Below, piece by piece: positions 18,929 to 30,337 of a stretch of DNA of 64,000 nucleotides. The notes below the pieces were generated by a model, which was not told where the DNA came from, did not search any database, and saw nothing but the letters and a program-made list of their open reading frames with translations. Each line of letters begins with the position of its first letter. The first letter of the stretch is position 1. A program made the position numbers and the translations under genes. This DNA comes from an uncultured Poribacteria bacterium (lineage in GTDB: Bacteria > Poribacteria > WGA-4E > WGA-3G). The DNA lies in the NCBI GenBank assembly GCA_951813565.1, contig OX638351.1, positions 640,001 through 704,000 on the forward strand. The letters are read 5' to 3'.

Positions 18929-21625
18929 TTATAGCGGTTCTAATCGGACAGGACACACTTTCAACTCGGCTGTGTGGGTCACAGGGTCATATCCAGAACC
19001 TGTTAAAAGATTGACGGGAACATCGGCAAAACTGAAACTGGCGAAAACTGTGCCACGTGGTGAGCGATTCGTTGCCTTAATTTTAATGTTGATACTTCCT
19101 CGGGCACTGCTCATTTTGCACCATTCACCGTCTGCCAATTTCCATTTATCAAGGTCAGCAGGATTTACTTCAAGGGATTCTTCCGGTAATAGATAGTCAA
19201 TTCCTTGTGCTCTACCCGTTTGAGTTCGTGTATGGTAAGATTGTAAGCGTCTTCCAGTTGTTAGCCATACAGGAAATTCATCGCTAATTGTTTCTGCCGG
19301 GTCTCGGTAATGAACGTTGGAAAATATCCCTTTTCCATTGACGAACGTATTTTCGTGTAATCTTGGCGTGCCAGGGTGTTCTTTATGTGGCACAGGCCAC
19401 TGGTATTCACTTTTATCAATGCGTTCCCAATCCAAACCTGCATAAATTGGCGAAAGGTGACAGAGTTCATTGAAAATCGGTTTTGGCGCGTTGAAATCAA
19501 AACCTTTGAACTCAAGCCGCTGTGCAATTTGGCAGATAATCCACCAATCAGGTTTTGCTTCACCGGGAGGAGGAACAGCAGCACGCATGCGTTGGACACG
19601 GCGCTCAGTATTGGTGCAAACCCCGTCTGTTTCGCCCCATGCTGTTGCTGGTAGCACGACATCAGCGAGTTCTGCGGTTTCGGTCAGAAAGATGTCAATC
19701 ACAACGAGATGGTCCAAGGAACGAAGTGCATGCTCACAATGCTCACGGTCAGGGTCAGATAGCAATGTATTTTCGCCATCAATTAGCATCGCATGGATGC
19801 TGTCACCACAGAGTTCCAAAGCAGTGACTTTTGTAATGCCTTTCTCAAGGTCAATTTCTTTACCATACGCCTCTTTGAATTTTGCCTGATGTTTGGGATC
19901 GGTGACAGATTGAAAACCGGGATAGTTGTTTGGTAAAGCACCACTATCTCCCGCCCCTTGGATATTATTTTGCCCGCGCATCGGGTTGATACCTGTTCCC
20001 TCGCGTCCAATGTTTCCTGTCATCAATGTAAGATTACACAGACTTTGGACATTTTCTACACCGCAAATATGTTCTGTAATACCGAGTGTATAGTAGATAG
20101 CACCTTTGTCCGCTGTGCCGTACCATATCGCTGCTGTTTCAATGTCTTTCGCAGGGACACCCGTAATAGATTCTGCCCACTCCGGTGTCCATTGACTGAT
20201 GTGTTCAAAGAAGTCATCAAACCCAGTTGTGCGATTTTTGATAAAATCTTCGTCAATCAAGCCTTCGCGAGCAATGACGTGCGCCATTCCCAGAAGCAGT
20301 GCTGTATCTGAACCGACACGGAGCGGCAAATAGAGATGGGACATCTCTGCTAAACCGATCCGCCTTGGGTCTGCAACAATTAGTTTTGCCCCGCGTGCGA
20401 TTGCCTTTTTCAATCCAGTCGCTGCGACAGGATGACATTCTGTCATGTTCGTGCCGATACAGAAGATTACATCAGGTTTCTGCATGTCAACAAGAGGATT
20501 TGACATCGCGCCACGTCCAATCGTTGCTGCCAGACCGGCAACAGTAGGCGCATGTCAGGCACGGCTGCAATTATCAATATAGTTTGTGCCAAATCCGACC
20601 CGTATAAACTTCTGCATGAGATACGCTGCTTCACTCGGCGCGCGCCCAGAAGCAATGCCATAAACGCTGTATCTACCGTGCTCGGAATCAACTTTTCGGA
20701 AGCCTTCAGCAGCTTTATCAAGCGCATCTTCCCACGCGGCTTCGTGTAGTTCGCCATCCTCACCACGTATAAGCGGTGCTTTTAATCTATCAGGGTGTTG
20801 CACGAAGTCGTAAGCAAACTGCCCTTTGACACAGAGCGCACCTTGATTAGCAGGACCGTCCATAGCGGGATGGATACCAACAATTTTTTTGTCTTTTGTC
20901 AGCACATCAACGGAACAACCGACTCCGCAATAGGGGCAGATAGTGCGGGTTTTGTCGAGGGTGGCATCAACCACCTCATCAACGGCACGGAGTGCTTTTT
21001 TGTCAGCGAGTGCGCCTGTCGGACAGGTTTGAATACATTGACCACAAAAAGTACAAGCAGAATCTTTGAGAAGTCCATCAAATTCTGTTGTAATCTGTGT
21101 TCGAAAACCACGATTCATCACATTGATGGCATGGTCCCCTTCTTGTTCGGCACAGACACGCACGCACCGATAACATGAGATACAGAGATCATAATCTCTG
21201 AGTATAAATGGGTTGTCATCGTCTTTGGTCGTGCCGGATTTTGTGCCGGTTATTTTTGCTTCGTTGATTGCGTATTTGTCACGGAGGTCTGCAAGTTCAC
21301 CTGAAGCGTAACCGCTTAATGGATGGACATCAACCTCGCGATTCTCACTAATCACCATCTCAAGTAGTGTCTTCCGATACGTTTCTATTGGACCGGTTGC
21401 AGTACGGACAATCATGCCAGATGTGGCTTTTGTTGTACAGGATGCCATCGGATTACGTGCACCTTCTACCTCAACAATGCACAGACGGCATCCACCAAAA
21501 GGTTCCAACCGTGGATCATAACAAAGCGTAGGAATCTCTTTTTGATGTCGCTGTGCCACTTCAAGCACGGTTTCACCTTCGGAAAAGGTGACTTCGATTC
21601 CATCAATTTGCATTTTATCTGACAT
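18929..21625 (-). CDS. fdhF: Selenocysteine-containing formate dehydrogenase alpha subunit (898 aa; N-terminal 2Fe-2S/4Fe-4S modules, Mo/W-bisPGD)
   Basis: The two ORFs join through TGA at 20555-20557 giving DNCSRA-U-HAPTVAGL; CPYCGVGC and PMRGQNNIQG motifs; SECIS present. Confidence 0.93.
20525..20543 (-). promoter_or_regulatory. Bacterial SECIS element
   Basis: Hairpin TGTTGCC-GGTCT-GGCAGCA begins 11 nt after the UGA, resembling the E. coli fdhF SECIS. Confidence 0.9.
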
Positions 21626-21685
21626 AGGCCGCGCTCCATCTTTACCAAGGATTACAGATTTTGATGCTATGGACAGTTACTATCA

Positions 21686-22744
21686 TTATTCCTTTGCTTG
21701 CGTGAAATCAATTTGTGGTACTTCCAACTCACCAGAAAGAATTTTGGCTTTTGCTGCTTCAACAGCGTCAAGCACTTCTTGTGGTATCTTATCTTTCAAC
21801 TTGTCATTGTAGGTTAGTGTGATTGCCTGATCCGTCAACATGTTGAAGGTGAAAAGCTGCGATTTGAACTCAGTATCCGGTTTGAACTTAGCGTCCTTTA
21901 CCTCTTTAGCAACCTTAACAAAAGCTTTTGGCGTAATCACAGCGTTTGCAAGCACTGTTGTTGGGGAAATCTCACTTTTGTCTCGATTTGCACCAAACGT
22001 GTATACAGTTTTCCCTTCTGCTTGGGCGTTTTCAGCAGCTTCAAAAGCGCCGAGACCTGCTGCATCCGCGTTAGGAAAAAGAAAGTCAACACCTTCATTA
22101 ATTAATGCGGTTGCAAGTTCCTTTCCTTTAACAATATCCTCCCAATTCCCAACGTACACTGAGCGCACATCTACATCAGGGTTAACGCTTTTCGCACCAG
22201 CTTCAAAAGCGATAAAAGTGCTCTTGACAGACGGAATTTCATCGCCGCCAATAGTGCCGAGTTTATTCCCTTGTGTCATCATCCCTGCAATTATCCCTAA
22301 TAGGTAAGCGGGTTGCTCAACACGGAAGTTGACTGGGGCAATATTGGTGGTGATAGTGCCACCTGAAGATGTCATAAAAATTGTGTCAGGAAAATCAGGT
22401 GCCACCGCTTTTGCGGGGTTTTGAAATTCATAGCCGTGTCCAAAGACAAGGTCGAATCCCTTTTCTGCATAATAACGAAAGTGTTGTTCTTGTTCAGTAG
22501 AAGTTCGGCTTTCAACATCCATAATTTTTGCCCCAAGTTCTTCTTCAATAGCCAGAAGTCCTTCGTAGGCTAAAGCATTCCAACCTGCGTCGGTTTTGGA
22601 AGCAGGAAGAAGCATTGCAACTTTAAATTCATCTTCCGTTTTAGTATCTGCGCATCCGATAAGCATAAAGCCGAGTGTGAAAATACATAGCATGCACAGC
22701 GCAATTCTTGTATTAAATTTATTTGACAAACAAATCTGTTTCAT
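21686..22744 (-). CDS. BMP-family ABC transporter substrate-binding lipoprotein
   Basis: Lipobox LIGC; DAGWNALAYEGL, FGHGYEF. Confidence 0.9.
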   Translation of the reverse strand: MKQICLSNKFNTRIALCMLCIFTLGFMLIGCADTKTEDEFKVAMLLPASKTDAGWNALAYEGLLAIEEELGAKIMDVESRTSTEQEQHFRYYAEKGFDLVFGHGYEFQNPAKAVAPDFPDTIFMTSSGGTITTNIAPVNFRVEQPAYLLGIIAGMMTQGNKLGTIGGDEIPSVKSTFIAFEAGAKSVNPDVDVRSVYVGNWEDIVKGKELATALINEGVDFLFPNADAAGLGAFEAAENAQAEGKTVYTFGANRDKSEISPTTVLANAVITPKAFVKVAKEVKDAKFKPDTEFKSQLFTFNMLTDQAITLTYNDKLKDKIPQEVLDAVEAAKAKILSGELEVPQIDFTQAKE

Positions 22745-23021
22745 AATAGTGTTTTCCTCCTATAGTATTGACGCGTGATTATTATAGCATATTTGCTAAG
22801 AGTTGTAAAGTTGCCAAAAATTCTAATCAGGGTCATTCAATTCTCCAATAATTCTTCCTTTTCCTAATACCTCTTCCTGTAGGAGCGAGCTCCAGCTCGC
22901 GACCATGTTCAAAATGGTGAGAAAAACACGAAAACTGAATGACTCTGAATTCTTACTTCAGGCAGCTAAGCAAGTAGTTGGATAGTTTTCTCTAAAGTTT
23001 TTACGTTGTATTTTTGACAGT

Positions 23022-24383
23022 TCATAACAACGGTTGTGAGGTTTTCCCAAGTACCCGCGGAAGCCAGAGACTTAACTCAGGGATATAAGTTACAAGTATT
23101 AAGGCTATCAGCAACAAACCGATAAACAGTAGGACGGACCTGTAAAGCAGTACTACCGACTTGTCAAACTTCATGCTTGAAATGAACAGATTCATGCCTA
23201 CGGGTGGTGTCAGATAACCTATTTCAAGATTTGTCAATATGATTATGCCGAGGTGTACCTTGTCTATTCCAAACTGTTCGGCTATCGGAAGCAGCAATGG
23301 AACGATGATGATTATCGCTGAAAAGATATCCATTAGACATCCAACGATGAGAAGAAAGATATTGAGACCGATAAGTGTAATGACTTTGTTTTCTGTAATA
23401 GACTGAATCCAATCAAGGACAATCATAGGCACCTCAAGTGTATTGAGATAACCCGTTAATCCTAAAGCGATACCGAGGATGATAAGGATTGCGCCCACAA
23501 GGAGCATGCTTTCTTTGACAAGACGTGGCAGAATTTTCACAGAAATAGACCGGTGAATACATATTTCTACGATACAGACATATATGACTGTCAATGCAGC
23601 AACTTCATCAAGTGTAACAACCAATGGAGAGATTTCACCTAATTCGAGAAATGGCAATAACTTTTCTAAATGCGTCAATATGGCCCGTTGTAACTGTCCA
23701 GAAAAGATTCCACCTAATACAAGAAATGGCAACATCAGTTCCCATTTTGCTTCCCAAAGTGTTCGCGCGAAAACCGACAAACTAAACCGGGTTGTTTCCG
23801 TCCGTTTGAAAACGCTCCATCCGCAGCAATAAACGCTTAGGATGGCGAGAATGAGCATCCCTGGAATAATTCCCGCGAAGAACATCGTACCGATTGGCAC
23901 TTGTGCAACAATAGCATAAAGGATAAGCGGAATACTGGGTGGAAAGAGGAGTCCAATACTCCCGGAGGCAGTTATTAAGCCGAGTGAAAATTTTTCGTTG
24001 TAGGTTTGTCGTAGAATTGGATAGACCAAACCACCGAGGGCGATGATTGTTACGCCAGATGCCCCAGTAAAAGTGGTAAAGAAAGCGCAGGTGCCAAGCA
24101 CAACTACAGCAATTCCGCCCGGTAGCCAACCAACACTTGCACGCGCAAACGCTACCAACCGTTGCGGTGCTTTTCCTTCTGCGATTATATATCCTGCAAA
24201 AGTGAAAAGTGGAATAATCGGAATTGTTGTATTTTTTATGATTCTGTTAAAATCAATTAGAATTGTTGAAATTGGTAAGTCTGCTGTAGCGTATCCAATA
24301 ATTGATGCGCCTCCAAGTAATACAAAAAGCGCACCACCGAAAAGTGCGAAACCCGCTAACACGATACCGATTATTAATCCCAT
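23022..24383 (-). CDS. dctM: TRAP transporter large permease (DctM)
   Basis: IPLFTFAG, GLLFPPSIPLILY, IGYLTPPVGMNLF. Confidence 0.93.
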   Translation of the reverse strand: MGLIIGIVLAGFALFGGALFVLLGGASIIGYATADLPISTILIDFNRIIKNTTIPIIPLFTFAGYIIAEGKAPQRLVAFARASVGWLPGGIAVVVLGTCAFFTTFTGASGVTIIALGGLVYPILRQTYNEKFSLGLITASGSIGLLFPPSIPLILYAIVAQVPIGTMFFAGIIPGMLILAILSVYCCGWSVFKRTETTRFSLSVFARTLWEAKWELMLPFLVLGGIFSGQLQRAILTHLEKLLPFLELGEISPLVVTLDEVAALTVIYVCIVEICIHRSISVKILPRLVKESMLLVGAILIILGIALGLTGYLNTLEVPMIVLDWIQSITENKVITLIGLNIFLLIVGCLMDIFSAIIIIVPLLLPIAEQFGIDKVHLGIIILTNLEIGYLTPPVGMNLFISSMKFDKSVVLLYRSVLLFIGLLLIALILVTYIPELSLWLPRVLGKTSQPLL

Positions 24384-24910
24384 TATTCCGATTCTCCTTC
24401 AATTTCATCCTGAAGGTGATCACGTTTTGTCAATTGAATACAAATCTGAAGTATTATGTGAATCCCAATGAGAACAAATCCTATCGGGATAATGGTTTTT
24501 GCCCACCAAAGTGGGATAGATCCTATCAATGTTGCTGGACTTTTTTGTTCTTCTATCAGAAAGCCAAAACCGAAATAAGCTAAAATGCTCACCACAATCA
24601 GACTCAACACATCAATGATATAAGAACTATAACGTAGGACGTTTTTAGGTAAAATTCGGCTGAGCACATCAATGCTAATGTGTCGTCTTTCAGAAGAAGC
24701 GAGTGCTGCACCTAAAAAACACATCCAGAGTGTTAAGTTTTGAAACATAATGTGTTTCCACAACAGACTCTCTTTAAAGCCGTAACGTAGGACAATTTCA
24801 AGCACTGCGAGTCCAATCATCATGGCAACAATTACGCATAACAAACCGGTTTCAATTTTGCCAAGGAGGGTATTTATCCGTTGTAAGTAGTTTCTGAAAG
24901 GAGATTCCAT
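24383..24910 (-). CDS. dctQ: TRAP transporter small permease (DctQ)
   Basis: Four TM segments, WMCFLGAALA..RHISID. Confidence 0.9.
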   Translation of the reverse strand: MESPFRNYLQRINTLLGKIETGLLCVIVAMMIGLAVLEIVLRYGFKESLLWKHIMFQNLTLWMCFLGAALASSERRHISIDVLSRILPKNVLRYSSYIIDVLSLIVVSILAYFGFGFLIEEQKSPATLIGSIPLWWAKTIIPIGFVLIGIHIILQICIQLTKRDHLQDEIEGESE

Positions 24911-24921
24911 TGGATTCTTTG

Positions 24922-26181
24922 TTATTTTTCTTCTGCTAAAACCTGAATTCCCGCTGAAGGTAGGATTGCGACTTTCGCTTTTGCTGGGAGTTTTTCAGCG
25001 AATAGTTGGATCAGTTGTTCTAAGTCACGGAAGAGGAGGGCGTTTGCGTGTTTTTTGTAAAAATCGTCTACTCGAAAATTTTCAGACCAGACGTGAAGTT
25101 GATCAATGCTTCCAAGTTTGGGTTCAGGAAGTTCTGGGGGAGTTCTTTCAGCTCTCTGTTCAAGATAGCGGGTATAATCAATCTGATCAAACAACCCATG
25201 GTAGCAGATACCATCGCTTGCGGGATTAAGTGCCATCTTATATGCTTTCTCAAAGTAACCGCTCGCCCACAGCGCTTTTCCTGTTTGAATAGGATCGCTG
25301 TCAAGCGGATAGCAATTTAGGACGATCAGATCAGTCTCTTTCCGAGATTGCATCGGTATCTCTGTGCCGTAGGTTTCTAATGCGAAATGTGCACCCGCAC
25401 GGTGTGCCTCCACAAAATCTCCAACAAATAATCCGCAAATCTCACGCCGAGAATTAAGGACGACATTTGCGATTACATCAAGACCGATGGCAGCCGCAAC
25501 CTCTTCAGCAAAATCTCGATGGTCAGGTGTGCTGCTCTTTCTTTCAATGACAGCGTGTCCACGACTCGGTGAAAAGGTGTGGAAATAAAACATCGTTGCA
25601 AACCCAGAGACACCGGGAACAATCAACTTTGCACCACCGCCAAATCCAACAGAACCGTGCGGATAGATACCACCCAAACAGATTTTGAATTCCGCATCTG
25701 CAACAATACTGTTGATATAGATAGGCATTCCGTTATCAAGGCTCCCATAGCCACGGAGGTCACCGCTCATAAAGTTATGACTTGTTACCTCATATTCTGC
25801 CGCAATGTTGACACCGACTTTTTTCGATGCTTCTTCGTCAGTGAGAGGTCTGTGTGATCCACCGCCTACAACAAATCTGATTTCTGATTTCGGAACACCT
25901 GCTGAGGTGAGTTCACGTAGTAGAAACGGGATAACATCGGCTGCAGGGGTCGGACGGCTCAGGTCATCAACGACGATGGCAGCACTCTTTTTGCCTTTTG
26001 CAAGTTCAGCAATACGTGGGATACCGATTGGTTCAGCAAAAGCGTGTTCAATCTGCTTGTCAGAAAGTACCGGTGCGTCTTTTGGCCCTAACATTTCTAC
26101 TTCCCATCCTGTTGGGAAATTCAGTGTCAGTTCCTCATCACCATACCATGCACGGGAATGGACTGTGGCAGTGTTGTTCAT
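24922..26181 (-). CDS. LarA-family (nickel-pincer) racemase/epimerase, paralog 2
   Basis: DDLSRPTP, GGSHR, PHGSVGFGGGAKLIVPG. Confidence 0.85.
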   Translation of the reverse strand: MNNTATVHSRAWYGDEELTLNFPTGWEVEMLGPKDAPVLSDKQIEHAFAEPIGIPRIAELAKGKKSAAIVVDDLSRPTPAADVIPFLLRELTSAGVPKSEIRFVVGGGSHRPLTDEEASKKVGVNIAAEYEVTSHNFMSGDLRGYGSLDNGMPIYINSIVADAEFKICLGGIYPHGSVGFGGGAKLIVPGVSGFATMFYFHTFSPSRGHAVIERKSSTPDHRDFAEEVAAAIGLDVIANVVLNSRREICGLFVGDFVEAHRAGAHFALETYGTEIPMQSRKETDLIVLNCYPLDSDPIQTGKALWASGYFEKAYKMALNPASDGICYHGLFDQIDYTRYLEQRAERTPPELPEPKLGSIDQLHVWSENFRVDDFYKKHANALLFRDLEQLIQLFAEKLPAKAKVAILPSAGIQVLAEEK

Positions 26182-26275
26182 GGTTGTCCTCCATTTCTGA
26201 ATCTGAAATCGATGAATAAAAGATGTGTCTATTCTATCAAAATATCAACTCGTGTCAAGGTATTTTGCTGCTAAC

Positions 26276-26553
26276 TCATAGGCGTCAATTTAGTGAGTAA
26301 GGTTAATGCGTCTGATACACCTTTCGCCCCTCTGGGGCTTGATATTGGTGGGATCAATGCTTACTATACACCTTTCGCCTCTCTGAGGCTTTAGTAAATC
26401 ACATATTAGCACCAGCGGTGCGGAAGGTGTATAGAATATATATCACCCCAAACCGAAGCACCAGCGGTGCGAAAGGTGTGTGGGCTAAAATCGGGCTTAT
26501 AAAGCCCTCCCACAAGAAAAACCAACATATATTTTCTTAAATTGACACCTATG
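26276..26553. mobile_element. MITE (TIR TCATAGGYGTCAATTTA) containing REP-like hairpins, between long direct repeats
   Basis: TIR-like ends recur near 35029, 35225, 50320 and 58322; GTATTTTGCTGCTAACTCATA at 26260-26280 and 26556-26576. Confidence 0.7.
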
Positions 26554-26689
26554 AAGTATTTTGCTGCTAACTCATATCATATCTAATTGGCACATTAAAA
26601 ATGATATAACAATTCACCTTTGATCGGTGCGCTTACAAAGCGCGCCTACAAGCGGATATCTGCACTTTTTCAGATTTTCTGCTATGGGA

Positions 26690-27949
26690 TTACTCTGGTG
26701 TTAACACCTGAATTCCTGCCACAGGTAAAACAGCAACTTTAGCACTTTTGGGAAGTTTTTCAGTTAACAATTGAATTAACTGATCTAAGTCACGGAATAG
26801 AATTGAGGAAGGATACTCCTTGTAGAAATCATCTCTTTCAAAATGCTCAGACCAAACATGTAGTTGAGATCGTCTCCCAAGTTTTGGTGCGGGTGATGGG
26901 GTAGTGGGTATGTGTTCTGCTTTCTGCTTAAGATACCGTTGATAATCAAGTCGATCAAACAGTCCGTGGAAGCAGGTGCCATCGGTTGCGGGATAGAGCG
27001 CAATTGTATAAGCGTTTTCAAAATAGGAAAAAGCAGCAAGTGCTTTATCAAGTTGAATAGCATCAGCATCAAGCGGGTAGCAGTTAATCACGACAAGATC
27101 GCTTTCTGTGCGTGTTGTTTCCGATATTTTTGTTCTGTAGGTGTCCATCGCAAAATGTGCGCCTTTACGGTGTGCTTTAATGAAATCTCCTACGAAAAAC
27201 CCACAAATTTCACGGCGGCTATTAAGGACAACATTAGCGATAGCGTCAAGACCAAGAACAGCTGCAGCCATTTCAATGGTATCGCGACGATCTGGTTCAT
27301 CGCTTTGTCCTTCAATCACTGCGGGACCGCGTCCCGGTGGAAAGGTATGGAAATAGCACATCGTGGAAAATCCTGCGGTCCCGGGTACAATCAGTTTAGC
27401 ACCACCACTAAAACCGACTGAACTGTGTGGATAGATACCACCGAGGCAGATTTTGAAGTCAGCATCTGCAACAGTCCGATTGATATAGACAGGTGTGCCG
27501 TTTTCAAGGTGTCCCAATGCCCGAAGGTCATTGCTCAGGAAATTATGGTTGGTTATCTCATATTCTGCTGCGATGTCAACTCCAACTTTCTTTGCCATCT
27601 CTTCCTCGGAGATGGGTCGGTGTGCACCGACACCAACGACAAATCGGATTTCTGATTTTGGCACACCTGCTGCAAAAAGTTCCCGCAACAGAAACGGGAT
27701 TACTTTAAATGCTGGGGTCGGACGACTTAGATCGTCTATGATGATGGCGGCACTCTTTTTGCCTTTTGCAAGTTCAGCGATACGTTTTGTACTGATCGGT
27801 TCTGCGAATGCTTGTTCAATTTGTGCGTCAGAAAGTGCGGGTGCGTCCTTAGGATTCAACATCTCCACTTCCCAACCGGTTGGAAAATTGAGCGTCAGTT
27901 CGTTATCTCCGTGCCAAGCACCGGAGCGAACTGTAGCAACGTTGTCCAT
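26690..27949 (-). CDS. LarA-family racemase/epimerase, paralog 1
   Basis: DDLSRPTP, GAHR, PHSSVGFSGGAKLIVPG; colinear with paralog 2, both 419 aa. Confidence 0.85.
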   Translation of the reverse strand: MDNVATVRSGAWHGDNELTLNFPTGWEVEMLNPKDAPALSDAQIEQAFAEPISTKRIAELAKGKKSAAIIIDDLSRPTPAFKVIPFLLRELFAAGVPKSEIRFVVGVGAHRPISEEEMAKKVGVDIAAEYEITNHNFLSNDLRALGHLENGTPVYINRTVADADFKICLGGIYPHSSVGFSGGAKLIVPGTAGFSTMCYFHTFPPGRGPAVIEGQSDEPDRRDTIEMAAAVLGLDAIANVVLNSRREICGFFVGDFIKAHRKGAHFAMDTYRTKISETTRTESDLVVINCYPLDADAIQLDKALAAFSYFENAYTIALYPATDGTCFHGLFDRLDYQRYLKQKAEHIPTTPSPAPKLGRRSQLHVWSEHFERDDFYKEYPSSILFRDLDQLIQLLTEKLPKSAKVAVLPVAGIQVLTPE

Positions 27950-27960
27950 GATTCCTCTCC

Positions 27961-29574
27961 CTAATCACTTTTTTCTTTTTGATAACGTAGGACTGCTGCA
28001 ATGAATTCGCGGAATAGCGGATGTGGCGTGAGAGGTTTAGATTGAAATTCCGGATGGAATTGTGAACCAACCATCCATGGATGATCAGCCACCTCTGCAA
28101 TCTCCACAAGGCTTCCGTCAGGCGATACGCCACTAAAACGGAGTCCTGCCTCTTTCAATTGCGAACGGTAGTTGTTATTCAATTCGTAGCGATGCCTATG
28201 CCGTTCTAAGATAATAGGTTGTTGATACGCTTCGTAACTTTTGGTATCTTCCTTAAGAACACACGGGTAATGTCCAAGTCGCATCGTTGCCCCTAAATCA
28301 GCTATTGCGCGCTGTTCCAACATTAAATCTATGACGGGATACGGTGTTTTTTCATCAAATTCGGTGCTGTTTGCATTTTTTAGGTTCGCCATGTGTCGAG
28401 CAAATTCAATTACAAGACACTGCATGCCGAGACATAACCCAAAATAAGGGATACGATTTTCACGAGCGTATTTAACCGCTGTTATCATTCCTTCGATGCC
28501 ACGATCACCAAAACCACCAGGCACCAAAATTCCGTCAATATTTTCAAACAATTCATCAAAATTAGGATGATCTGTCAACATTTCAGCTTCTATCCATTCA
28601 ATATGGACCTCTGCTTCGTTTGCTATACCACCATGTTTAATAGCTTCTTGGACACTGATATAGGCATCATTCCCAGTAGTATATTTTCCTACGATAGCGA
28701 TGTTCGTGGTGTGTTTAGGATTTTTTAGTCTTTCCACCATGGCTATCCATTCAGCATCCAATGTTGCGCGCCTCTCAAGACCTAATTTCTTTGCGACGAG
28801 ATGTCCCATACCCTGTTCTTCAAAATTGAGTGGGATTTCATCTACGCATTTTGTATCCAATCCTTCCAAAATAAATTCTTCGCCGATACCACAGAGGAGC
28901 GCAATCTTTCTACGGACGCCTTCCTCAATGTGTTGACTCGTGCGGCATAATAATAAATCAGGGTGGATACCTAACTCTTGGAGTTTTCTGATGCTGTGTT
29001 GGGTCGGTTTACTTTTACTTTCGCCATTGGGTAAGGTATAGATGAGCGAAACGTGGAGGAACAAAGTGTTTTCTCGTCCGACCTCCACAGCCATTTGTCG
29101 GATAGCTTCAACAAACGGAGGTGTTTCAAAATCACCAATAGTGCCACCGATTTCTGTGATGACGATGTCTACATCGCTATCTTTTCCAATCTGGTAGATC
29201 CGGCGTTTGATTTCATCCGTAATATGTGGAATCAGTTGAACTGTTTGCCCCAGATAATCACCACGTCGTTCTTTCTCAATTACTTCCTTATAAACAGCAC
29301 CGGTAGTAAAGTTAGACTGTTTATTCAAGTCAACACCGAGAAAACGTTCATAATTTCCTAAGTCTAAATCTGTTTCAGCACCATCATGCGTTACAAAAAC
29401 TTCGCCGTGTTGGAAGGGATTCATTACCCCCGCATCAACATTGAGATATGGATCAATTTTGACGACATTAACTTTGAAGCCACGGTTAATGAGCAATCTG
29501 CCTAATGCTGCAGTTGTAATTCCTTTACCTATTCCTGAGATAACGCCGCCTGTTACAAAGATATATTTTATCAT
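27961..29574 (-). CDS. pyrG: CTP synthase
   Basis: KYIFVTGGVISGIGKG, GLCLGMQ, ERHRHRYE, QFHPEF. Confidence 0.98.
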   Translation of the reverse strand: MIKYIFVTGGVISGIGKGITTAALGRLLINRGFKVNVVKIDPYLNVDAGVMNPFQHGEVFVTHDGAETDLDLGNYERFLGVDLNKQSNFTTGAVYKEVIEKERRGDYLGQTVQLIPHITDEIKRRIYQIGKDSDVDIVITEIGGTIGDFETPPFVEAIRQMAVEVGRENTLFLHVSLIYTLPNGESKSKPTQHSIRKLQELGIHPDLLLCRTSQHIEEGVRRKIALLCGIGEEFILEGLDTKCVDEIPLNFEEQGMGHLVAKKLGLERRATLDAEWIAMVERLKNPKHTTNIAIVGKYTTGNDAYISVQEAIKHGGIANEAEVHIEWIEAEMLTDHPNFDELFENIDGILVPGGFGDRGIEGMITAVKYARENRIPYFGLCLGMQCLVIEFARHMANLKNANSTEFDEKTPYPVIDLMLEQRAIADLGATMRLGHYPCVLKEDTKSYEAYQQPIILERHRHRYELNNNYRSQLKEAGLRFSGVSPDGSLVEIAEVADHPWMVGSQFHPEFQSKPLTPHPLFREFIAAVLRYQKEKSD

Positions 29575-29584
29575 TTTCTTCCCT

Positions 29585-30337
29585 TCAAAAATGAGGGCCT
29601 CCCTTTTCTAAAATCTGTTTTACCCGTTCCAAGTCTGCAGGTACATCAACTCCAATAAGGGGTATGTTGGTTTCAACAACATGGATGGGGACACCGTGTT
29701 CTAAAAAACGTAACTGTTCTAAACCCTCAGCAATCTCATAAGGAGTGCGCTCCCAAGATGTGAATGCAAGTAGTTGTTCCTTTCGGAATGCATATAATCC
29801 AATATGTCTAAACACTAAAGCATTTTCATCAAAATTATGCTGCTTGTTTATTGGTGTGCTGGGAATAGAACTTCTTGAAAAATATAACGCATCACCTTGA
29901 AGATTCGTAACGACTTTAACGATGTTCCTGTTAAGAAAATCCTCCATAGTGTAAATACGCTCTTTTAATGTGCAAACTTGGACAGATGGATTTTCAATGA
30001 AAGGTTGAAGCATTATATCTATCTGTTCGGGTTCAAGCAAAGGTTCATCACCTTGGACGTTAACAACAACATCACATGTCAATTTTTCTGCTACGACTGA
30101 CACTCGGTCGGTACCGGTGACACATTCGCCTGTCATCTGGACATTTCCACCAAAGTTTTTAACGGCATTGTAGATTCGTTGGTCATCTGTAGCGACGATA
30201 ACTTGACTAAGTATTTTGGACTTACAAGCACGTTCATATACATGCTGGACCATCGGCTTTCCCAAAATATCTGCTAACGCTTTTCCTTCAAAACGGCTTG
30301 AGGCATAACGGGCTGGGATAATTCCTACACTTTTCAA
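29585..30337 (-). CDS. kdsB: 3-deoxy-manno-octulosonate cytidylyltransferase
   Basis: IIPARYASSRFEGK, NVQGDEP, ALYFSRS, LEQLR. Confidence 0.95.
   Translation of the reverse strand: MKSVGIIPARYASSRFEGKALADILGKPMVQHVYERACKSKILSQVIVATDDQRIYNAVKNFGGNVQMTGECVTGTDRVSVVAEKLTCDVVVNVQGDEPLLEPEQIDIMLQPFIENPSVQVCTLKERIYTMEDFLNRNIVKVVTNLQGDALYFSRSSIPSTPINKQHNFDENALVFRHIGLYAFRKEQLLAFTSWERTPYEIAEGLEQLRFLEHGVPIHVVETNIPLIGVDVPADLERVKQILEKGGPHF

Noticed and set aside
18929..20506. Separate 525-aa molybdopterin oxidoreductase gene or fdh pseudogene
   Set aside because: Continuous with the upstream ORF through Sec UGA plus SECIS
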